From: Delftia acidovorans NBRC 14950
GTDB taxonomy: Bacteria > Pseudomonadota > Gammaproteobacteria > Burkholderiales > Burkholderiaceae_C
Assembly: GCF_001598795.1 (NCBI RefSeq)
Contig: NZ_BCZP01000027.1
Coordinates: 1-32,000 of the forward strand
Direction of reading: 5' to 3'
Length of the DNA: 32,000 nucleotides
Positions 18,965 to 24,803 of the stretch are shown piece after piece. Position 1 is the first letter of the stretch. Each line of letters opens with the position of its first letter. The notes below the pieces were generated by a model that saw nothing but the letters and a program-made list of their open reading frames with translations, was not told the DNA's origin and ran no database searches. A program made the translations under genes and the position numbers.

Positions 18965-19324
18965 CTAGGCCTCTGCAAATTCGCGCCTGGCGCTGAAGTG
19001 CAGGATTTCGGAATCCTGCGCTCCCCCCTGTCTTTGAATGACGATGGTGCCGTTGGAATGCAGATAGATGCGGATGCCCGGCAGGGTGTCCGAATCCAGA
19101 TGGCAAGGGCTTTTGTCGAGGTTTTTCCAGCCATGTTCTGCGCACAGCGTGCGTTGCCGCATGCGATTGAGCAATTCCCGGCGAGCGCCAGCGCCTTCGC
19201 AGATGCGCATCCAGAGCAGCAGCAGCATGTCGTGTGCCTCCTGGCGGGATGAGCAGGGAGGCATGTGCTTCAACTGGTTCAGCAGGGTGAAGAACCGTTC
19301 CTCTGCGCTGATTTCGAGTGCCAT
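18965..19324 (-). CDS. Hypothetical protein (119 aa)
   Basis: Internal ATG (MALEISAEERFF...) preceded by AGGAGG. The longer track ORF to 19696 overlaps the next gene out of frame. Confidence 0.5.
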   Translation of the reverse strand: MALEISAEERFFTLLNQLKHMPPCSSRQEAHDMLLLLWMRICEGAGARRELLNRMRQRTLCAEHGWKNLDKSPCHLDSDTLPGIRIYLHSNGTIVIQRQGGAQDSEILHFSARREFAEA

Positions 19325-19475
19325 GTTTGCCTCCTGTGTGCCTGGATATGCATCAAAGTGTAGGCAGGCCCGGTTCCGCGAAGGTGCGGCGTTTGGCGAC
19401 AGCGCCGGTGGCGTTTTTTCCTGCGTGTTTGCAGGATTTCTGCCAGGGCGGCTGTCATGGCCCATGCCAGCCGTG

Positions 19476-19826
19476 TCAGTGCGACTGCATGCCCATGAGA
19501 TTGCACGACATGGCGCATTGCTGGCAGGCTGCCGCGCAGGTCTGGCAATGGTCGTGGGAATGCTTGCTGCATTCGTCGGCGCAGGCTTGGCAGATCTGGG
19601 CGCACAGGCGGCAGATGTCCGGCGCATGCGGGCTCTGGCGCGCCATTGCGGCCACGGCCAGTTCGCAGATCTGCGCGCATTCCAGGTCCTGGGCAATGCA
19701 GGCGGCCATCATCTGGACGTCTGACTCCTCCAGGCAGGCGGCGGCGCAGGTATTGCAGGCAATGACGCAGGCCTGGCAGGCGTCCATGCAGGCCTTGTAG
19801 TCGATGGCAGGTGGGGTGGTATTCAT
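19476..19826 (-). CDS. Cysteine-rich four-helix-bundle copper-binding protein (DUF326 / Csp3-like), no signal peptide
   Basis: 19 Cys in 116 aa arranged as repeated CxxxC/CxxC spacings on predicted helices (ACMDACQACVIACNTCAAAC... CRLCAQICQACADEC...CQTCAAACQQC). GGAGAA RBS. Confidence 0.8.
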   Translation of the reverse strand: MNTTPPAIDYKACMDACQACVIACNTCAAACLEESDVQMMAACIAQDLECAQICELAVAAMARQSPHAPDICRLCAQICQACADECSKHSHDHCQTCAAACQQCAMSCNLMGMQSH

Positions 19827-19906
19827 GGCAGTTCTCCAGGAATGAGGGAGTGAAGTCGCGCAGGGCGTTCTTCCTTGGCCATTCGCTGGCAGCTATCCGC
19901 ACCAAA

Positions 19907-19930
19907 GAAAACGCCCCGCGAACGGGGCTG
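19907..19930 (-). terminator. Rho-independent terminator after the PRC-barrel gene
   Basis: Minus strand: GCCCCG-TTCG-CGGGGC followed by GTTTTCTTT. Confidence 0.75.
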
Positions 19931-19955
19931 TGTCAAAGACCGCAAGGGTCGGGAT

Positions 19956-20312
19956 TTACAGGTAGGGAACGCCGTAGTAATCGTTCACGCGGCGGCCATA
20001 TTCATCGGTGTATGCCGGAGCCGTATCGCGCTCGTAGCGGGGCGCGTTGTCCAGTTGCTCACGCGTCAGCGACACCACGTAGCCATTCATGTTGGGCTCG
20101 TACTTGAGGGATTCCCAGGGCAACGGATAGCGATCCGTGCCGATGCCCAGGAAGCCGCCGAATTCCATGACGGCATAGCGCACCTTGCCGGACAGCTTGT
20201 CGATCATCAGCGTGTCTATGGTCCCCAGCTTGTCGCCTGCCGGGTTGTAGACATTGGTGCCGCTGACGGTTTCAGAAGAAATGACGCTCGATGCGGTGTT
20301 GGGTGTGACCAT
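19956..20312 (-). CDS. PRC-barrel domain protein
   Basis: GTNVYNPAGDKLGTIDTLMIDKLSGKVRYAVMEFGGFLGIGTDRYPLPWESL is the typical PRC-barrel pattern. Confidence 0.85.
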   Translation of the reverse strand: MVTPNTASSVISSETVSGTNVYNPAGDKLGTIDTLMIDKLSGKVRYAVMEFGGFLGIGTDRYPLPWESLKYEPNMNGYVVSLTREQLDNAPRYERDTAPAYTDEYGRRVNDYYGVPYL

Positions 20313-20714
20313 GACGTTCTCCAGTGAGTGGGTTTGTGCTGACCCGCCAGCGCGGTGCGTCTGGCGGCTGAGCGATGCGGCTTTGAATGGGGCGCGGTAG
20401 CCGGCCTGTCAAGAAAACCTGTGCATCGCCTGGCGAAGTCGAAGCCTGTGTGCTTCTGGGTTCTAGCTTAGGACGGCATCTGCGGGCACCGGGTAGTCTG
20501 GCCGCCGCGACGGGCGTAGGAGGTGCCTTGGGCGGCGGAGGCCAGTTCCTACGAGCCCCTGTAGTCAAGGTCGGCGGGGCTGCGGGCCTTGGCTGACGCG
20601 GGGCAGCAGCCTGGGCCGGCTGCGGCGCGGCAGGGCGAGGCGTACAACAAAACGACAGGGCAATGAAGCGCAGGCAGTCCCGCATGCGTGTGGCATGCCC
20701 CGAAGGAGAGCCCC

Positions 20715-21092
20715 ATGAATGCAAGCAACAAGCCATCCATCCAGCCCATCCAGCCGGTGTCCACGGATGCTCCCGAGGATGAAGACCTTGCCGAGCAGGC
20801 ACGCCCCGGCCACGGTGTTCCTTCGCAGGACCCGGATGCATCCGCGCAGTTCGAACTGTCGCCCGAGGATGCAGAGCGCGAGTCGCGCTCGGTATTCATC
20901 GGCGGCGGCGTGCTGGCCGGAGCCGCTGCAGGCGCTGCGGCGGGTGCTGCGATTGCCGGCCCGGTGGGCGTGGTGGTCGGCGGCACGGTAGGCAGTGTGG
21001 CCGGTGCGCTGGGCGGCGCGGCCGCTGGCGCCGTGGCACCTGCGCAGGGCGCGGAAAAACCGTCGCACCCCGGCAGCAAGTCTTCCGGGTGA
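20715..21092 (+). CDS. Glycine-zipper membrane/stress-type protein
   Basis: AAGGAGAG RBS, acidic N-terminal half, then GGGVLAGAAAGAAAGAAIAGPVGVVVGGTVGSVAGALGGAAAGA. Confidence 0.65.
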   Translation: MNASNKPSIQPIQPVSTDAPEDEDLAEQARPGHGVPSQDPDASAQFELSPEDAERESRSVFIGGGVLAGAAAGAAAGAAIAGPVGVVVGGTVGSVAGALGGAAAGAVAPAQGAEKPSHPGSKSSG

Positions 21093-21192
21093 CAGGGAAG
21101 GGGTGGTGGCGGGCCCTGTGTAGCGCAGCGGCCATGGACGGGTGTGGGTGCATCCCGTATACAGAGGCCTGTCCACTTTCTTCCCACCCCAG

Positions 21193-21543
21193 ATGGCCAA
21201 CGTACTCATCGGCATCGTCGCCGCAATCCATGTCTACATCCTCGTGCTGGAGATGTTTCTCTGGGACAAGCCGGCCGGACGCCGCGCGTTTGGCCTGACG
21301 CCCGAATTTGCCCAGCAGACCAGGACACTGGCCGCCAACCAGGGCCTGTACAACGGCTTTCTCGCCGCCGGGCTGATCTGGGGGCTGGCGCAGGGGGCCG
21401 ATGGCCTGGGCTTCAAGTACTTCTTCCTGATCTGCGTGCTGGTGGCCGGCGTGTATGGCGCCGCCACGGCCAGCCGCAAGATCCTCTGGGTGCAGGCCGT
21501 GCCGGCTGCTGTGTCGCTGATTGCGCTGTACCTGGGCCTTTGA
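21193..21543 (+). CDS. DUF1304-family small membrane protein
   Basis: MANVLIGIVAAIHVYILVLEMFLW... with four hydrophobic segments, as in DUF1304 proteins. The track GTG at 21142 is rejected. Confidence 0.75.
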   Translation: MANVLIGIVAAIHVYILVLEMFLWDKPAGRRAFGLTPEFAQQTRTLAANQGLYNGFLAAGLIWGLAQGADGLGFKYFFLICVLVAGVYGAATASRKILWVQAVPAAVSLIALYLGL

Positions 21544-21545
21544 GC

Positions 21546-21572
21546 GCGCCCAAAGCGCCCAAAGCTCCCAAA
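21546..21572. repeat. Three tandem 9-mers (gcgcccaaa gcgcccaaa gctcccaaa) filling the gap between convergent genes
   Basis: Read directly. No hairpin terminator is evident in this 33-bp gap. Confidence 0.9.
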
Positions 21573-21576
21573 GCGC

Positions 21577-22218
21577 TCAGGGCGAGCTGGCCGTGAAGGT
21601 GACCTGCCCGGTGTAGGTGCCTGCCCTGCGGGAGGCCAGGTTGGCATAGGACAGGGTCCAGTTCGCCGTGCGCTGGGTGACCAGCCCCGCAAAGGCGGTG
21701 GCCACCACGTTGACCGCTGCGCCCGTTCCCGTATTGGGTATCAGCGGCGCGGGCAGGTTGCTGTCGCTGGTGGCGATGGTGATCTCCGACAGCGGGATGG
21801 TATTGGCCCCGCTGGCCAGCGCCGTGGTGGCGGTGGCGCGCAGCGTGACCTGGCCTGCGTTGCTGCGCACCTCCACCGGCAGCACATTGCCGCTGGGCGT
21901 GATGCTGAAGCTGGGGGCCGCGCCGCTCCAGTTCACCGAGGTGTTGCTGCCCGCCACGGGCGTGGTGGGCACGCCAGGGATGGACGGGGCGAGCACAAAG
22001 GCCACGCTGCTGGTCGTGCCGCCGGGCGTGGGCCATGTGCCGTCGCCTATGCGAAAGAAGATGAACTTGTCGATGGCGATGGTGAAGTCCAGGTTCACCG
22101 AGGTGCTCAGCGGCACCAGCAGGCTGGGGCCTGTGGTGCTGGACGCCGCATGCACGGTGTGGCCCAGGCCGCCCAGCGCCATGGACAGGGCCAGCCACGC
22201 CATCGGCCTGGTTGCCAT
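21577..22218 (-). CDS. Secreted pilin-like subunit paralog F (213 aa)
   Basis: Signal peptide (..GHTVHA|ASS). It shares SIPGVPTTPVAGSNTSVNWSGAAP with the protein at 24123-24734. The C-terminus AGTYTGQVTFTASSP resembles the G-x-Y-x-G-x-V-x-F terminal strand of chaperone-usher subunits. Its ATG overlaps the upstream stop (TGATG). Confidence 0.7.
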   Translation of the reverse strand: MATRPMAWLALSMALGGLGHTVHAASSTTGPSLLVPLSTSVNLDFTIAIDKFIFFRIGDGTWPTPGGTTSSVAFVLAPSIPGVPTTPVAGSNTSVNWSGAAPSFSITPSGNVLPVEVRSNAGQVTLRATATTALASGANTIPLSEITIATSDSNLPAPLIPNTGTGAAVNVVATAFAGLVTQRTANWTLSYANLASRRAGTYTGQVTFTASSP

Positions 22219-23024
22219 CACTTCAGTTCCACATCGATCTTGAAGCTGCCTTTTTCCCAGTCCAGGCTGCCCTTGGCCTTGACCGGATACGCGGGCTGCG
22301 GGGCGGGCTGGCCGTCTTCGCCCTTGGGCATGAGGGCCAGCGTGCGTGTCTGGCCGGGCAGTATGGGCGTGCCTTCCGGTACCAGTTCGAAGCGGCGGCC
22401 CTTGTTGTCCACGGCGTCCAGGCTTCCTTCCAGCCGGCCATGGGCATCGCCGGTGTTGCTGACGGTGACCAGGGCGCGGCGCGTCTTGCCGTCTTCGGCC
22501 ATGGAAAGCTGGCGAATGTCCAGCTGGGGCGCAGCGCCTCCCAGCGTCAAGTAGACGGCCACCGCGATGCGGCCCGTGACAGGCAGGCTCAGGCTGGCGC
22601 CGCCGCTGCGTATGACGGTCTGCTGCGCGGGCTCCACGCCTTCGATGGCGATCATGAAGCGGCATTCGCCGCGCGGCGCATCGGCAGGCGGCTCCACCTG
22701 GAAACGGAAGGCCTTCTTGCTGCGGCCTGCAATCGTGACGCTGCGCCGCTCCAGCAGCACCCAGGGCCGGCAACTGCCGGGCAGCAGTTCGTCGTGGTAG
22801 GTGATGTCGCCCGTGTCGGAATAGGTCCAGTCGATGGTGCGCATGGCCACCTCGGTGGGTGCCGAGGCCAGGTTGTGGATGTCCAGCGATTGGCCCGTGC
22901 GCGCACCCGGCTTGGCCGACAGCTCGAAACGCGAGGGCGCCACGGCCAGCTCGAACGGTGCGGCGGCGGCGCCGCTGCAGGCGATCAGAAGGGCCAGTGA
23001 AACGGCGATGGGAGGAGCTTTCAT
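22218..23024 (-). CDS. Candidate PapD-like periplasmic chaperone (268 aa), possibly lipidated
   Basis: Signal peptide with lipobox-like LIAC|S. First-strand motif VAPSRFEL..GQSLDIHN resembles the chaperone P-x-R-h-h-h...q-s-l-x-l-x-N pattern. The size suits two Ig-like domains. Its ATG overlaps the upstream stop (ATGA). Family assignment is by eye. Confidence 0.55.
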   Translation of the reverse strand: MKAPPIAVSLALLIACSGAAAAPFELAVAPSRFELSAKPGARTGQSLDIHNLASAPTEVAMRTIDWTYSDTGDITYHDELLPGSCRPWVLLERRSVTIAGRSKKAFRFQVEPPADAPRGECRFMIAIEGVEPAQQTVIRSGGASLSLPVTGRIAVAVYLTLGGAAPQLDIRQLSMAEDGKTRRALVTVSNTGDAHGRLEGSLDAVDNKGRRFELVPEGTPILPGQTRTLALMPKGEDGQPAPQPAYPVKAKGSLDWEKGSFKIDVELK

Positions 23025-23506
23025 GGCAGGGTCTCGATCTCGAAGTAGGACTCGAAGCTCAGTGCCGAGCCCTGGGTCAGGCGCAGCTCGGCGGGGTCGA
23101 TGTGCAGCGTGAGGTCGAAAACCTCGGCCATCCAGGGCGTGCGGACCACGCCGTTCCAGACCTGGACCCGATCGCCGGGCCGGCCCGTGCCGCCCGCAAA
23201 GACGCCATTGCCGCGCCACTGCACCTGCATGCCCGCAGGTGAGCGCAGGCCCGTGACCAGGGCGGGAATCACATAGAAGATGCGCGCCGTGCGGCCGACA
23301 TGGGGCGCCGTGGCCAGCCGGTATTCGATGCGTCCCATGGGCAGCTCCAGCAGCCGCTCGCCGACGACCCTGGCCCGGGCGAAGTCGCTGCGGACCTGGG
23401 ACCGGGGCGAAGCCGAGTCGTCCAGCCGCGCCACTTCGGCATGCGCCGCGAGGGCCGTGGCCCAGGCCAGTGCCATGCACAGGAGCGGCCAGGCCAGCGG
23501 CCTCAT
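23021..23506 (-). CDS. Secreted hypothetical protein (161 aa)
   Basis: Signal peptide (..ALAAHA|EVA). ATGA overlaps at both ends. No family recognised. Confidence 0.6.
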   Translation of the reverse strand: MRPLAWPLLCMALAWATALAAHAEVARLDDSASPRSQVRSDFARARVVGERLLELPMGRIEYRLATAPHVGRTARIFYVIPALVTGLRSPAGMQVQWRGNGVFAGGTGRPGDRVQVWNGVVRTPWMAEVFDLTLHIDPAELRLTQGSALSFESYFEIETLP

Positions 23507-24123
23507 ACCATCGATGCCGTGAAGCGCACGGTGCCCTTGTAGTTGCCGCCCGGGTAGACCACGTCGTTGTCGTAGGTGAACTGCAGCACGGTGCCGGTCA
23601 GTTGCCGGGACTGGAAAGTCCAGCCCAACGCAGGGCAGAGGATGCCCGTGCAGAACGAAGCATTGGCGTTGTAGCTGGCGATGGTCTGGCTGGCGCTGGC
23701 GGTGAAGCGGCCGCTCTGTATGTCGCCGGAGGCGGCGGTGTCGTTGCCGGTGGCCACCCAGCTGATCTTGCTGAAGGGAATCGTCGCGCTACCGCAGCCT
23801 CCCGACTGGCATGCCAGGGCGGTGCTCGAATCGACGACCAGCGTCACGGGCCTGGAGATCGCCGTGCCCAGCATGGGGCGTGTGGGCGCCACGGAGATGC
23901 CGATGCTGGGCGTGCCCGTCACAGGGGCCGGCGTGAGGCCGACATTGGCCCCCGTGACGCTGAAGGCCACGGTATCGACCGTGGCGCCGGCCGTGCCCAC
24001 GCGCAGCGTCAGGCTGTAGTTGAGGGGATCGTTGTCGGTCACGATGGTGAAGACGGCCTGCACGGGCGGCACGGCAACGGCAAGGGCCGCTGCGGCCAGC
24101 AGGCGAGGCAATGCCTTGTCCAT
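23503..24123 (-). CDS. Secreted pilin-like subunit paralog C (206 aa)
   Basis: Signal peptide (..PPVQA|VFT). It shares LTLRVGTAGATVDTV with LLRVGSTNTTVDTV of paralog B, has four Cys, and has the C-terminus GGNYKGTVRFTASMV. Confidence 0.7.
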   Translation of the reverse strand: MDKALPRLLAAAALAVAVPPVQAVFTIVTDNDPLNYSLTLRVGTAGATVDTVAFSVTGANVGLTPAPVTGTPSIGISVAPTRPMLGTAISRPVTLVVDSSTALACQSGGCGSATIPFSKISWVATGNDTAASGDIQSGRFTASASQTIASYNANASFCTGILCPALGWTFQSRQLTGTVLQFTYDNDVVYPGGNYKGTVRFTASMV

Positions 24124-24734
24124 CAGATGCCCTGGGCCGTATACGTGATGACGTTGGTATAGGTATTGGCAGCCCAGCTGGCCGGCGTACCTCCCAGCGC
24201 ATACGCCCAGGTTCCCGTCGCAACCACGTTGGAGGGGAACGAGGTGGATGCGCAGGCACCCAGATTGGGCCCGGGGTGGGGCAGGTTACCGGTGGTCGTG
24301 ACGGTGAAGTCCGCGTTGGCGGGGCCGCCCGTGGCATTCCAGGCGCCGACCGCGCAGTTGATGGTGCCGGCGCCGGCATTGGTCCAGGCATAGACCGTGA
24401 GCGTGGCGGCAGCCGAGGCGGTGGCCACGGTGGGCGCGGCGCCGTTCCAGTCCACGTTGGTGTTGTTGACGGAGGCCAGCGGCGTGGTGGGTACGCCGGG
24501 GATGCTCAGCGTTGAGGTCCAAGTCACCGTGTCCACCGTGGTATTGGTCGAGCCCACGCGCAGCAAGATGAGCTTGGGCACGGTCACGCTGAGGTTGACC
24601 TTGGCCTGGGCCGTGATGGTTCCGGTGCCCGATCCGTACTGGCTCTCGGCCATGGCAGGCAACGCGGTCAGGGCCAGGCCGAGGCCGCCGAGCGATGCGG
24701 CCAGCAGGCGTTGGGCGATGGGTGTTCGGTTCAT
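24123..24734 (-). CDS. Secreted pilin-like subunit paralog B (203 aa), first subunit gene
   Basis: Strong RBS AAGGAGA and signal peptide (..LPAMA|ESQ). The N-terminal alternating strand TITAQAKVNLSVTV resembles a donor strand. Also has SIPGVPTTPLASVNNTNVDWNGAAP, two Cys and the C-terminus NTYTNVITYTAQGI. Confidence 0.7.
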   Translation of the reverse strand: MNRTPIAQRLLAASLGGLGLALTALPAMAESQYGSGTGTITAQAKVNLSVTVPKLILLRVGSTNTTVDTVTWTSTLSIPGVPTTPLASVNNTNVDWNGAAPTVATASAAATLTVYAWTNAGAGTINCAVGAWNATGGPANADFTVTTTGNLPHPGPNLGACASTSFPSNVVATGTWAYALGGTPASWAANTYTNVITYTAQGI

Positions 24735-24803
24735 GGAATCTCCTTGGATGGAACGGGTTGCCTGGGAAACCTGTGCGCCTCAATCACTCACTCAGTCAGT
24801 CAT

